DNA of 64,000 nucleotides from Gemmatimonadota bacterium (GTDB taxonomy: Bacteria; Gemmatimonadota; Gemmatimonadetes; Palauibacterales; Palauibacteraceae): NCBI GenBank assembly GCA_965116475.1, contig OZ220691.1, positions 160,001 to 224,000 of the forward strand, read 5' to 3'. The notes below the pieces were generated by a model. It made no database searches. It was given only the letters and a program-made list of their open reading frames with translations, and had not been told where the DNA came from. The position numbers were made by a program, and so were the translations under genes. Each line of letters begins with the position of its first letter. The first letter of the stretch is position 1. Shown here one piece after another: positions 1 through 10,319 of this stretch.

Positions 1-1011
1 ATCGCGCAGCAGCGAGATCGCCGACGTCGCCATGGCGTCGACCGCTCCGACCGGATGGAGGTAGCCGGTGACGCCGTGCTCGACGACCTCGTCGAGGCCC
101 GTCCCGGAGGACCCCACCACGGGAACGGCGGAAGCCTGCGCTTCCAGGGCCACCAGGCCGAAGGACTCCTGCTCGCTCGGGAGCAGAAAGAGGTCCGCGC
201 CCGCGAGGAGTTCGGCGACGGAGTCGATCTTGCCGAGAAACACGACCCGTTCCGCGATGCCCAGCTCCGTGGCGATCTCCGCAGCGCGCTGCCGCTCCGG
301 ACCATCACCCACGAGGATGAGGCGAGCCGGCAGGGCGCGCTGGATCCGCGCGAACATCTCCATGAGATCCGGGATCCGCTTGACCGCACGGAAATTCGAG
401 ATGTGCATCACGACCTTCTCTCCGGCCCGCGCGAGCCGGTGCCGGCCCCGATAGCGCTCGCGGTCGTAGATCTTCGGATCGACGAAGTTCGGGATGACCT
501 CGATCGCGCAGCGGCTGCAGTCGAAGTCGCGGTGCGTCCGCTCGCGGAGCCACTCGGAGACGGCGGTGAGGCGGTCGGACTTCTCGATGGAGAAGCGCGT
601 GATCGACCAGTACGAGGGGTCCTGGCCCACGAGCGTGATGTCCGTGCCGTGCAGCGTCGTCACGAGCTTCACGTCCCGGCCCCCGTCCCGGAGCATGTCG
701 CGCGCGATCCAGCCCGCCGTGGCGTGCGGAATCGCGTAGTGCACGTGGAGGAGGTCGAGTGCCTCGCGCCGCGCCACTTCGTGCATCGTGACGGCGAGCG
801 CGAGCGAGTAGGGAGGATACTCGAACAGCGGGTAGCGGTTGACCTCGACTTCGTGGAAGTAGACGCCGTCGATGAAGTGCGTGAGACGGAACGGCTGGGC
901 ATAGGAGATGAAGTGTACCTCGTGCCCCCGGCGGGCGAGGCCGAGCCCCAGTTCGGTAGCGATCGCTCCGGAGCCGCCGTATGTCGGATAGCACGTGATC
1001 CCGATCTTCAT
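1..1011 (-). CDS. bshA: N-acetyl-alpha-D-glucosaminyl L-malate synthase BshA (GT4 glycosyltransferase), truncated by window edge
   Basis: Hand translation from ATG at 1011 gives MKIGITCYPTYGGSGAIATELG...HVHYAIPHA...TTLHGTDITLVG...HISNFRAVKR, all BshA signatures. Missing from the ORF track because there is no stop in the window. Confidence 0.92.
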   Translation of the reverse strand, partial: MKIGITCYPTYGGSGAIATELGLGLARRGHEVHFISYAQPFRLTHFIDGVYFHEVEVNRYPLFEYPPYSLALAVTMHEVARREALDLLHVHYAIPHATAGWIARDMLRDGGRDVKLVTTLHGTDITLVGQDPSYWSITRFSIEKSDRLTAVSEWLRERTHRDFDCSRCAIEVIPNFVDPKIYDRERYRGRHRLARAGEKVVMHISNFRAVKRIPDLMEMFARIQRALPARLILVGDGPERQRAAEIATELGIAERVVFLGKIDSVAELLAGADLFLLPSEQESFGLVALEAQASAVPVVGSSGTGLDEVVEHGVTGYLHPVGAVDAMATSAISLLRD

Positions 1012-1021
1012 CGTCCCGTCT

Positions 1022-1966
1022 TCACCCTGATTCGCGCCAGTCATCCGAGATGCGGCGCGCAAGTTGTTCCGGTGTCGTCGACCCGTCCAGCACCCGAACC
1101 ACGACGGTGTCGTCCGGGACCTGGTGCCGGAACCATGTCCGCTGCCGGCGCGCGTAGCGCCAGGTAGCCCTCGACACGCGCTCGATCGTCTCGTCGACCC
1201 CCGCCTCGCCACGGACGAGCGCCGCGACATCCGCGTAGCCCAGCGCGTTGAAGGCGGGCGATCCGTCGAGGCCCCGCGTCAGCAGGTGTCGAACCTCCTC
1301 CGGCCAGGCGCCACCGCGGATCAACGCGTCGGCGCGGCGTTCGATCCGTTCGCGCAGGAGCGGCGCGGCCCACTCCAGCACATGGGTCGCGGTCCGCAGC
1401 GGCGGGCGTTCGGCCGGGGCGCTTGTCATCCAGCGGGTGAGCGGCTTGCCCGTCAGGAGCGCGAGTTCCACCGTGCGCGCCGCCCGCTGCCGGTCGAGCG
1501 GACGGCGCCGCGCCGCCAGCGCCGCATCGAGTCGCGCCGCCCAGCGGGTGAGTTCCTCGCGTTCGAGTGCACCCAGCCAGGCGTGCAGGGCCGCGCGTCG
1601 CGCCGGCTCGAGCGGGGGCTCTTCGAACATCGGGTGCGTGAGCGCGCGCAGAAACAAGCCCGTCCCGCCCGTGAAGATGGGGACGCGCCCCCGGGCCCGG
1701 ATCTCCGCGAGCCATCGGGTTGCCAGGCGGGCGAATCGGCCCGCGCCGTAGCGTTCGTGCGGGTCGAGAAAGCCAACGCCGTGGTGCGGCGCCGCGCGGA
1801 GTTCGCCGGCGGAAGGCGCTGCGGTCCCGATGGCGAAGCCGCGGTACGCCTGCCGGCTGTCCATGGAGATGATTTCGCCATCCAGCCGGCGCGCGATCTC
1901 GATGGCGACGGCCGTCTTGCCGGAGGCGGTAGGCCCCGCGATGACCGACACGGGCGGACTCCCCAT
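1022..1966 (-). CDS. miaA: tRNA dimethylallyltransferase
   Basis: GPTASGKT P-loop, DSRQAY, GGTGLF, YARRQRTWFR; follows mutL. Confidence 0.96.
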   Translation of the reverse strand: MGSPPVSVIAGPTASGKTAVAIEIARRLDGEIISMDSRQAYRGFAIGTAAPSAGELRAAPHHGVGFLDPHERYGAGRFARLATRWLAEIRARGRVPIFTGGTGLFLRALTHPMFEEPPLEPARRAALHAWLGALEREELTRWAARLDAALAARRRPLDRQRAARTVELALLTGKPLTRWMTSAPAERPPLRTATHVLEWAAPLLRERIERRADALIRGGAWPEEVRHLLTRGLDGSPAFNALGYADVAALVRGEAGVDETIERVSRATWRYARRQRTWFRHQVPDDTVVVRVLDGSTTPEQLARRISDDWRESG

Positions 1967-1977
1967 GGGCGCGGCGG

Positions 1978-3765
1978 CTACCCGCGGCCGAACCGCCGGT
2001 CGAGCTCCTCGACGCTCAAGCGCACGATCGTCGGGCGGCCGTGGACATCGTGTCCGGGCAGCGGAGTCGCGAACAACCGGTCGAAGAGTTCCCTCGCCTC
2101 TTCCGGGGAGATCTGCTCACCCGCCTTGATGGCTCCCTTGCACGCCATGCTCATCGCGACGCGCTCGTGCTGGCTGCGCGCGGCGTTCACGAGCGGCGAT
2201 CCTTCCGCCAGTTCCCGCACCATCTCGCGCAGGCAGCGCTCGGCGTCGAACCGGGCGTGAGGCTGCGGGGCCGCCGTCAGGATCCAGGTCCGCTCGCCGA
2301 ACGGCTCCAGCTCGAAGCCCTGCCGGGCGAGCAATCCGGCGAGATCCTCGAGCGCCTCGGCCTCCGGAGGCGAGAACTGCAGCGTAACCGGAAAGAGGAG
2401 CGCCTGGGAGGCGCCCCCTCCCGCTTCGAACCGCGCCATGATCTCCTCGTAGAGCACCCGCTCGTGCGCCGAGTGCTGGTCGACGATGAGGAGCCCTTCG
2501 CGGGTCGCGGCCAGAATGTAACGGTCGTGGAGCTGCCACAGGTCCGGACCGGCGAAGGGCGCCGCCCCTTCCTGCCCGCTCGCACCGGTTTCGGCCCCGG
2601 GCTCGCCCGGCCTGCCCGCGTCGTCCCGTCCCGAGACGAAGAGCGCGAACTGCGGCATCTCCGCGGGCGGCTCGCCACGGGGCTTCACGGCGCCCCCGCG
2701 GGACGGCGTTCCATGGCCCGGCTCCACGTCGGATCCGTCGCCCGCGATGCCCACCGGCTTCGTCGAATCGAGCCGCGCCAGCGCGGCGCGCACGGCATCC
2801 CGAACGGCCGTCTCGACGCTCTCGCGGTCGCGGAAACGCACCTCTGCCTTGGCCGGATGGACGTTGACGTCGACCGATGCGGGCGGCGTCTCGATGCGCA
2901 GGAAGAGACTCGGCCGGAGGCCCTCGACGACCGTCGTCCGGAAAGCGTCATCCACCAGCCGCAGCAGAGCGGGATCCCGGAAGGGGCGGCCGTTGACGAA
3001 GGCGTAACGGCGGCCTCCCCTCGCGCGCGCCGCATCGGGCCGCTGGATGAAGCCCCGGACCCGCACGGGGCCGCCCGCTTCCTCCACGGGGATAAGCGTG
3101 GGGGCGAGGTCGCCCCAGAGTTGAGCGATTCGTCCGAGCCAGTCGCGCGCCGGGGCGAGGTCCATGGAGACGCGGCGATTCGACTCGAGCCGGAAGGCGA
3201 CGGCGGGGTTCGCGAGCGCGAGGAGCACGAGCGCTTCTCCCGCGGCCCGCGTCTCGGCGGCCGAACTCCGGAGGAACTTTGCGCGGGCCGGGAGGTCGTG
3301 GAACAGCGCGCGGACCGTCACGGTCGTGCCGCGCCGGCGCGGCACGTCATCGACGCTGCGGATGCACCCGAAATCCACGCGCGCCCGCACGCCCTCTTCC
3401 GGACGCACCGCCGTGTGCAGTTCGAAACGGCTGACGGCCGCGATGGAGGGCAGCGCCTCGCCGCGGAAGCCGAAGGAGCGGACGTTTCGCAGGTCATCCA
3501 CGCTCCGGATCTTGCTCGTCGCGTGCCGGTCCAGCGCGAGCACGGCGTCCTCGCGGTTCATCCCGCTCCCGTCGTCCGAGACCCGGATTGCGGTCTTCCC
3601 GCCGTTACGGAGCGCGACCTCGACCCGGCGCGCCCCGGCATCGACCGCGTTCTCGGCGAGTTCCTTGACGACGGAGGCGGGCCGCTCCACGACCTCGCCC
3701 GCCGCAATCTGGTTCGCGACGTGGTCCGGGAGGATCTGCACACCACCCGACCCCCGGCGATTCAC
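1978..3765 (-). CDS. mutL: DNA mismatch repair endonuclease MutL
   Basis: ANQIAAGEVVERPASVVKEL, GFRGEAL, VDVNVHPAK, DQHSAHERVLYE, ACK, HGRP. GTG start overlaps the tatD stop (GTGA). Confidence 0.97.
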   Translation of the reverse strand: MNRRGSGGVQILPDHVANQIAAGEVVERPASVVKELAENAVDAGARRVEVALRNGGKTAIRVSDDGSGMNREDAVLALDRHATSKIRSVDDLRNVRSFGFRGEALPSIAAVSRFELHTAVRPEEGVRARVDFGCIRSVDDVPRRRGTTVTVRALFHDLPARAKFLRSSAAETRAAGEALVLLALANPAVAFRLESNRRVSMDLAPARDWLGRIAQLWGDLAPTLIPVEEAGGPVRVRGFIQRPDAARARGGRRYAFVNGRPFRDPALLRLVDDAFRTTVVEGLRPSLFLRIETPPASVDVNVHPAKAEVRFRDRESVETAVRDAVRAALARLDSTKPVGIAGDGSDVEPGHGTPSRGGAVKPRGEPPAEMPQFALFVSGRDDAGRPGEPGAETGASGQEGAAPFAGPDLWQLHDRYILAATREGLLIVDQHSAHERVLYEEIMARFEAGGGASQALLFPVTLQFSPPEAEALEDLAGLLARQGFELEPFGERTWILTAAPQPHARFDAERCLREMVRELAEGSPLVNAARSQHERVAMSMACKGAIKAGEQISPEEARELFDRLFATPLPGHDVHGRPTIVRLSVEELDRRFGRG

Positions 3766-4553
3766 GGGGCGTCCTCCAGGCCGTAGAAGCGGCGGGCGTT
3801 CCTCGCCGTGAGCGCCGCGGCTTCCTCGCAGGACATGCCGCGCACCTCCGCCAGCCGCTCGCACGTGTGCGTGAGGTAGGCGGGTTCGTTGCGGCGCCCC
3901 CGGCGGGGGGCGGGCGCGAGGTAGGGAGCGTCCGTCTCGATGAGGAGTCGGTCCGCCGGCACGGCGCGGACCCACTCGGCCAGCTCGGGCACGAACGTGA
4001 TGAGGCCCGAAAAGGAGACGTACCAGTCGGCATCCAGGGCGGCACGGAGGAGTGCCTCGCCTCCCGTGAAGCAGTGCAGCACCCCGGCGGCGCCGTCGCC
4101 GTACTCCCTCACCCGCTCCGCCGTCTCGGCCTCCGCGGAGCGCGAATGTACGACGATCGGCAGACCGAGCCGGGCCGCCAGCCCGAGGTGCGCCTCGAAG
4201 TTCTCCAGCTGCGCCGTCCGGGCCGCATTGTCGTAATGGAAATCGAGCCCCGTCTCCCCGATCGCGACGACCTCGGGGGCTGCGGCGATGCGCTCGATCT
4301 CGCTCATGAGCGAGGACGAGGTCCGGTCCGCCGCGTGGGGATGGAGCCCCGCCGTGGCCCACAGGCCGGGCGTCCGCGCGGCCAGCGCCACGGCCCGCTC
4401 GGCGTCCTCGGGGTCCGAGGCGACCGTGACCATGCGGCGCACGCCGCGCGCGCGGGCCCGGTCCAGCACCTCGTCGAGATCGGGGGCGAAGCGGGCCGCC
4501 GTCAGATGAAGGTGCGAATCGAAGAGCGTCGTCCCGGCTCCGGTACCGGTCAC
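3762..4553 (-). CDS. tatD: TatD family hydrolase
   Basis: DSHLHL, GLHPH, IGETGLDF, VHSR, LHCF, ETDAPYL. Confidence 0.95.
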   Translation of the reverse strand: MTGTGAGTTLFDSHLHLTAARFAPDLDEVLDRARARGVRRMVTVASDPEDAERAVALAARTPGLWATAGLHPHAADRTSSSLMSEIERIAAAPEVVAIGETGLDFHYDNAARTAQLENFEAHLGLAARLGLPIVVHSRSAEAETAERVREYGDGAAGVLHCFTGGEALLRAALDADWYVSFSGLITFVPELAEWVRAVPADRLLIETDAPYLAPAPRRGRRNEPAYLTHTCERLAEVRGMSCEEAAALTARNARRFYGLEDAP

Positions 4554-4568
4554 CCCTGGCCCGGCGAG

Positions 4569-5504
4569 CTAGGCGCTGCGGGCGGCGATCGCGGAGCGCC
4601 TGCGGGCCCGGTCGTGAATCTCCAGGAGAACGGGAGACGCGACGAAGATCGAGGAGTACGTCCCGATGAGCACGCCGATGATGAGCACGCTCGCGAAGGG
4701 CCGAATCACGGCGCCCCCGATCACGACCAGCGACACCAGCGCGATCAGCGTCGTGCCGCTCGTGAGGACCGTTCGGGGCAGTGTCTCGTTCAGGCTGCGG
4801 TTGAGCGTCGCATCGTACGATTCCTTCCGCTTCTTCCTGATATTCTCCCGCACGCGGTCGAAGACGACGATCGTGTCGTTGAGCGAATACCCGATGATCG
4901 TGAGAATCGCAGCGACGGTCGCGAGGTTGATCTCGATGTCGAACAGCGAGATGAACCCGAACGTGATGAGCATGTCGTGCACCGTCGCGATGACGGCGGC
5001 GACGCCGAACCGCCACTCGAAACGGAAGGCGAGGTAGATCAGGGTCAGGAGGAAGGAGAGCAGCACGGCGATGACGGCGGTGCGCTGGAACTCGTCGCCC
5101 ACCTTGGCGCTCAACGTATCGCCGCGCGCGATCTCGAAGCTGCCGGCGGAGTACTGCGTCTCGAGGCTCGTCCTGATCTGGTCCCGGATCGCGTTCTGGT
5201 CCTCATCCTCCCCTACCGGCACGCGCAGCAGGAAGTCGAACGTCTCCGCTCCCACCGTCCGCAGCTGCTGAATCTGGACGCCCGTCGTGCCCCCGGCCGT
5301 CAGTGCGTCGCGGATCTGGCCCACATCGGTCGTCTGCGAGAACTGCACCTCGAGCAGCACGCCGCCCGTGAACTCCACGCCCGTCCGCAGCCCGCCACGA
5401 AAGATGATCGACAGGAGGCCGATCGTGATGATCGCGGCCGACGCGAAGTACGCCGGCCGGCGCATGGAGAGGAACTTGTAGTTCGCGTTCTGGAAGACCC
5501 TCAT
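4569..5504 (-). CDS. secF: Protein translocase subunit SecF
   Basis: GVEFTGG, HD in TM, GYSLNDTIVVFDRVRE, TLPRT. Confidence 0.97.
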   Translation of the reverse strand: MRVFQNANYKFLSMRRPAYFASAAIITIGLLSIIFRGGLRTGVEFTGGVLLEVQFSQTTDVGQIRDALTAGGTTGVQIQQLRTVGAETFDFLLRVPVGEDEDQNAIRDQIRTSLETQYSAGSFEIARGDTLSAKVGDEFQRTAVIAVLLSFLLTLIYLAFRFEWRFGVAAVIATVHDMLITFGFISLFDIEINLATVAAILTIIGYSLNDTIVVFDRVRENIRKKRKESYDATLNRSLNETLPRTVLTSGTTLIALVSLVVIGGAVIRPFASVLIIGVLIGTYSSIFVASPVLLEIHDRARRRSAIAARSA

Positions 5505-5517
5505 GATGACTTCGTTC

Positions 5518-7239
5518 CTATATGCTCACGGACTCCCGGGAGCCGCGTCGGTTCAGGTACATGATGAAGAGCGTCCGCGTCACGTAGATCGCGGAGAAGA
5601 ACGACGCGAGGATCCCGATGCAGAGCGTGACGGCGAAGCCCCGCACCGCGCCGGTCCCGAACTGGAAGAGGATGATCCCGGTGATGAGCGTGGTGAGGTT
5701 CGCGTCCACGATCGCCGACAGGGCGTTGCCGAATCCCGCGTCCACCGCCGTGCGCGGCGTCTTCCCCGCCCCGAGTTCCTCGCGCACCCGTTCGAAGATG
5801 AGGACGTTCGCATCCACCGCCATTCCGATGGAGAGGATGAGACCCGCGATGCCCGGCAGAGTGAGCGTCGCGTCGAGGCCGGCCAGGCCGCCCAGCATGA
5901 GGATGACGTACGTGAGCAGCGCCCCGACGGCGAGGATTCCCGCCGCCCGGTAGTAGATCATCATGATGATGATCACGCCGACGATCCCGATGATGAAGGC
6001 GGTGCGGCCCTGCCGGATGGAGTCTTCGCCGAGCGAGGCGCTCACGTTGCGCTCCTCGACGACCTCGATCGGCATGGGCAGCGCACCGGCCCGAAGGACG
6101 AGCGCGAGTTCCTGCGCCTCCTGGAAGGACGCGCCGGGGGTGAGTTCGATCTGGGCGCGCCGGCTCAGAACGCTGCGGATGACGGCGTAGCTCTGGACCC
6201 GGTCGTCGAGGACGATGGCCATGTTCTCGCCGATGTTGCGCGCCGTGCCGCGCTCGAAGACCCGCGAGCCGCGCCGGGTCGTCTCGAACGGAACGATCGG
6301 CTGGTTGAAGGTCGGGTCGCGGTTCGCCGGCCCCGCGTCCTGAAGCATGTCGCCGGTAATGAGCGGTTCCGCCTCGAGCACATAGAGCGGCACGTACGCT
6401 CCCGCGCCCGCCCCGACCTGCTCCACTCCCCAGTGAAGCGTGACGCCGCGGGGGAGCGCTTCCCGGACGCCCTCGAGTTCCAGCCACGCCGCCGCAGTGG
6501 GCTGATCCTCCTGCGGTACGAGGTACTCGCCGAGGATCCGTCCCTGTCCGAGCAGCGCCGACAGAGGTCGCGCGGTGGCCTCATCCACGGCGTCGGCCGT
6601 CTCCTCTTCGGCGGCGAGGGAGTCGGCGGCCGGAGCCTCCCCGTCAGCCGGATCCTCGCCTTCGGCCGCGCCCTCCTCGGCCACCGGATCCTCCACCGCG
6701 GCGGAATCGGCGGCGCCACCGAGGATATCGCTCAGGTCCACTTCCGGTTCGGTCTCCAGCGGTGTGACCTGGAGGTTCTCGATCCCCACCGCGCTCACGA
6801 TCGCGCGGTCGATCCGCTCCAGTGCGTCCATGAACTCCTGACCGTCCGTGACGATCTTGAACTCCATGAACGCGGTCTCGGTGGCGATCCGCTTCGCCTG
6901 CTCCGGGTCGTCGACCCCCGCGAGTTCGATGATGATGCGGTTGCCGGAGCGCTGGATCGTCGGCTCGCGGACGCCGAACTCGTCGATCCGGTTCCGAATC
7001 GTCGTGAGCGTGCGCTCGACCGCATCGTCGAGATCCTGCCCGCTGAGAGTGCCCTCGGGGTCGTAGATCTCGACCGCGAGGTGCATGCCGCCCTGCAGGT
7101 CCAGTCCGAGCTTGAGCGGCCAGACCCGCTCCGACTCGCCCGTGACTTCGTCCACGATGGTCTCGGGCACCAGGGCGAAACCGCAAATGGCTACCAGAAC
7201 GGCGATCCAGACCAACCGCCAGCGTACCGAACCGAACAT
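5518..7239 (-). CDS. secD: Protein translocase subunit SecD
   Basis: LGLDLQGG, RNRIDEFGVREP, LRAGALP, GMAVDANVLIFER. Confidence 0.97.
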   Translation of the reverse strand: MFGSVRWRLVWIAVLVAICGFALVPETIVDEVTGESERVWPLKLGLDLQGGMHLAVEIYDPEGTLSGQDLDDAVERTLTTIRNRIDEFGVREPTIQRSGNRIIIELAGVDDPEQAKRIATETAFMEFKIVTDGQEFMDALERIDRAIVSAVGIENLQVTPLETEPEVDLSDILGGAADSAAVEDPVAEEGAAEGEDPADGEAPAADSLAAEEETADAVDEATARPLSALLGQGRILGEYLVPQEDQPTAAAWLELEGVREALPRGVTLHWGVEQVGAGAGAYVPLYVLEAEPLITGDMLQDAGPANRDPTFNQPIVPFETTRRGSRVFERGTARNIGENMAIVLDDRVQSYAVIRSVLSRRAQIELTPGASFQEAQELALVLRAGALPMPIEVVEERNVSASLGEDSIRQGRTAFIIGIVGVIIIMMIYYRAAGILAVGALLTYVILMLGGLAGLDATLTLPGIAGLILSIGMAVDANVLIFERVREELGAGKTPRTAVDAGFGNALSAIVDANLTTLITGIILFQFGTGAVRGFAVTLCIGILASFFSAIYVTRTLFIMYLNRRGSRESVSI

Positions 7240-7476
7240 CTAGATTGTCACCGTTCTTCGTGGGTCTCGTGATCGCGGCCCGCGGCGAGGGTTCGAGCGA
7301 CCCCGGCCTGGCAGCCCGCTGCAAAGGGACGCAAAAGCTAGCCCAGCCGCCCTTGAGAGGAAACTACGCGGCGTCCCGCGCCGGATGGTACGTTCCTCCG
7401 CCGCGGCGCGCCATCTCCGGCGGCGCGCGCCGGGCCCCGCGCGGACGGGAACAAATCCGGAGCGGCGAGGAAGCTC

Positions 7477-9027
7477 ATGGCACACAACCGTTCGGAAGAC
7501 GGATCCGCGACGCGCTCGCGCGGCCAGCGCATTGGGCTGTGGCTCGGACCGCTCCTCTTCCTGCTGGTGCTCCTGCTCGACCTCGAGCCGGGTCGGCCCG
7601 AAGTCACCCGCATGGCGGCGGTGGCCGTCCTCATGGCCACATGGTGGATCACCGACGCGATTCCGCTCTTCGCGACCGCGCTGCTCCCGCTTCTCCTGTT
7701 CCCGATCCTCGGGATCGAACGGACGGGGGAGACGGCGCCCATCTACTTCAACAGCACGATCGTCCTCTTCCTCGGCGGCTTCATGATCGCGCTCACGATG
7801 GAGAAGTGGGATGTCCACCGGCGAATCGCCCTCTGGGTCATTCGCGCGGTGGGCGGCGGCCCGGCCCGCATCGTACTCGGCTTCATGCTCGCGGCGGCCT
7901 TCCTCTCCATGTGGATCTCGAACACGGCCACCGCGATCATGATGGTCCCCGTCGGACTCGCCGTCATCCTCCGCATGGAGGAGCAGTTCGGGCGCCGCCG
8001 GACGCGCGCCTTCTCCGTGTCGATCATGCTGGGAATCGCGTACGCCTGCTCCGCCGGCGGGATCGCGACGCTGGTCGGCACGCCGCCGAACCTCTCCCTC
8101 CAGCGCATCTTCGCGATCACGTTCCCGGACGCCCCGCACATCTCCTTCGGTACGTGGTTCGTCATGGCGCTGCCGATCGCGGCGCTGATGCTCGTCTTCG
8201 CGTGGGTCCTGATCACCCGGGTCTTCTTCCGCGTGTCAGACGAGGTCTCGGTCGACCGCGACATCGTGGAGTCCGAGATGCGGAAGCTCGGCCCCGTAGC
8301 CTTCGAAGAACGGGCGATCCTCGCCGTCTTCGCGACGACGGCCCTGCTGTGGGTGTTCCGCGCACCGATCGAGATCGGCCGGCTCACGATCCCGGGCTGG
8401 TCGTCGCTCCTGCCCTACGGTCACCTGATCGACGACGGGACGGTCGCGATCACGATGGCCTGCATTCTCTTTCTCGTCCCGACGAGGTCGCCGGGCGCAA
8501 AGTCCGCCACGGTCATGGGACCCGGCGTCGTGCGGCGGCTCCCGTGGAATATCGTGCTGCTGTTCGGGGGAGGCTTCGCCCTCGCGCACGGCTTCCAGGC
8601 CACGGGGCTGGCGCGCTTCGTCGGGGAGGCGTTCAGCGGGCTGTCGACGGTGCCGCCGCTCGTGCTGATCTTCGTCATCTGCCTCGCGATGACGTTCCTC
8701 ACCGAACTCACGTCGAACACGGCGACGACGGAGATGGTGCTCCCGATCTTCGCGGCCGTGGCTGTCGCGACCGGCGTTCACCCGCTCCTGCTGATGATAC
8801 CGGCGACGCTCTCCGCTTCGTGCGCCTTCATGATGCCGGTGGCGACGCCGCCCAACGCCGTCGTGTTCGGGAGCAACCGGGTGAGGATCGCGGAGATGGC
8901 GCGGGCGGGGCTGTTCCTCAACCTGATCGGCGCCATCGTGATCACGCTGATCTTCCGCGCCCTGGGACCGCTGCTGTTCGGGATCGAACCCGGCGTCCTG
9001 CCCGACTGGGCGCACCCGGGTTCGTAG
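7477..9027 (+). CDS. SLC13/DASS family sodium:dicarboxylate/sulfate symporter
   Basis: Polytopic membrane protein with SMWISNTAT, GTPPN, TELTSNTAT, FMMPVATPPNA. Confidence 0.92.
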   Translation: MAHNRSEDGSATRSRGQRIGLWLGPLLFLLVLLLDLEPGRPEVTRMAAVAVLMATWWITDAIPLFATALLPLLLFPILGIERTGETAPIYFNSTIVLFLGGFMIALTMEKWDVHRRIALWVIRAVGGGPARIVLGFMLAAAFLSMWISNTATAIMMVPVGLAVILRMEEQFGRRRTRAFSVSIMLGIAYACSAGGIATLVGTPPNLSLQRIFAITFPDAPHISFGTWFVMALPIAALMLVFAWVLITRVFFRVSDEVSVDRDIVESEMRKLGPVAFEERAILAVFATTALLWVFRAPIEIGRLTIPGWSSLLPYGHLIDDGTVAITMACILFLVPTRSPGAKSATVMGPGVVRRLPWNIVLLFGGGFALAHGFQATGLARFVGEAFSGLSTVPPLVLIFVICLAMTFLTELTSNTATTEMVLPIFAAVAVATGVHPLLLMIPATLSASCAFMMPVATPPNAVVFGSNRVRIAEMARAGLFLNLIGAIVITLIFRALGPLLFGIEPGVLPDWAHPGS

Positions 9028-9128
9028 GCAGGGAAGTCAACGCCGGGAAATCAACATCCGGGGGAAGCGGCCGGACCGCCGGGAACGGCCCCGGCCGCCA
9101 CAGCCCCCGGAGACTGTCGGACCGGCGG

Positions 9129-10043
9129 TTACATGCCGGCGTGCGCTCCCATCAGGAGCCAGTGCAGCATGAGGCCGCCGTCCTCGCCTCGCGAGTAGAG
9201 TCCGGCGAAATGGCCACCGCCGGCCCCGTCCGGACCCTCGGTGCCGTACGTGCCGATGCCGACCACGTGACCCTCGTCGAGATCGTGCGCGGACCAGCCG
9301 CTGATCCCGCTGAACGTCACGCCCGCATCGAACATCGCCTGCAGCCCTTCCTCCACGGCCGCGCGACCCTCGCGGGCCCGCTCGCCCGGCATCATCGCGA
9401 CCGCGCTCTCCGTGAAGGTGTTCGCGACCATCGAGGCGTGCCCCATGTTGTAATGGGTGGCGAAGTAGTCGCCGCTCGCCTGAATGAGGTCGCCGCCCAT
9501 CCCCTCGGGCATCTCCATCATCTGGCCGGCGGACATCGACTGGTCGGGCGTGTCGTAGTTGCTCACGACCCCCTTGAGCGACCATTCGCCGTCCACGTTC
9601 TCGGCCACGGCCATGTAGTACCCGGAGTTCCGGACTTCCGCTCCGTCCACCGTTCCCGTGAGGACGTAGTGGCCGCGCGAAACGATCTGGTCGCCGAAGC
9701 CCATGGTTTCGCCGGGATGGATCGCGAGTTGCGAACCCTCCGCGTCAATCCGCGCCTGGAGGGCGGCGCCGACCGCCTCGCTCCCGTAGACCATGGCGCC
9801 GGAGGCGCTCCACAGGAGTCCGTCCTCGGAATAGCGGCCGCCGACCATGCTGCCGTGGCCCATGTTGAAATGCGTCTCGTAGTAGTCGGTGATTTCCGTC
9901 ATCGCCGCTTCGGCGTCGGACATGGCCGGAGCTTCGTCCATCGCCTCCGTCGTCTCCTCCGTCATCGCGGCTTCTTCCGTCTCCGCCCCGCCGCAGGCGA
10001 TGGTCAGAGCCAGGGCAAAGGGAGCCAGGGTGCGGATGCGCAT
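9129..10043 (-). CDS. Lipoprotein with two tandem NTF2/SnoaL-like (DUF4440-like) domains
   Basis: Lipobox-like LTIAC, acidic linker, two alignable halves (DYYETHFNMGHGSMV / DYFATHYNMGHASMV; ...DGEW / ...DGGL). Confidence 0.7.
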   Translation of the reverse strand: MRIRTLAPFALALTIACGGAETEEAAMTEETTEAMDEAPAMSDAEAAMTEITDYYETHFNMGHGSMVGGRYSEDGLLWSASGAMVYGSEAVGAALQARIDAEGSQLAIHPGETMGFGDQIVSRGHYVLTGTVDGAEVRNSGYYMAVAENVDGEWSLKGVVSNYDTPDQSMSAGQMMEMPEGMGGDLIQASGDYFATHYNMGHASMVANTFTESAVAMMPGERAREGRAAVEEGLQAMFDAGVTFSGISGWSAHDLDEGHVVGIGTYGTEGPDGAGGGHFAGLYSRGEDGGLMLHWLLMGAHAGM

Positions 10044-10319
10044 CGCGGTACCTCCTTCGAATATGACGTCGCGCCCTCCGCACGCGTGCCTTTCACTGCG
10101 GGGATCGTCGACGAGACAAGGCGTAACTGTTGGAACGCTACGCTTTTCAAGGCGGATCCGTCAATGCGGCGGGCGGGCGGATCGACCGCCGCGGCCGGAC
10201 CGCCGAGGTTGGCCGCCATTCCACCCTCGCTTAGGTTGGGCGCCCGGGTCGACGACCGCATGGTCTGCGACCCCGCACTCGACCCGCCCACGTCATCTCC
10301 GAACCGGGAAGCCGACAGC

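Noticed and set aside
1978-5016. 1012-aa MutL with long N-terminal extension; likewise the extended gltX (31511-34363), MCO (48868-51804) and hemH (41295-43286) ORFs
   Set aside because: The extensions are Arg/Gly/Pro-rich off-frame translations of neighbouring genes. True starts lie at stop-start overlaps or after an RBS.
7309-7345. GGCAGCCCGCTGCAAAGGGACGCAAAAGC, loosely like a c-di-GMP-I (GEMM) riboswitch
   Set aside because: No tetraloop receptor or convincing second stem follows. The AT-rich part is better explained as the minus-strand -10 (TAGCTT) of secD. An Rfam cmsearch would settle it.
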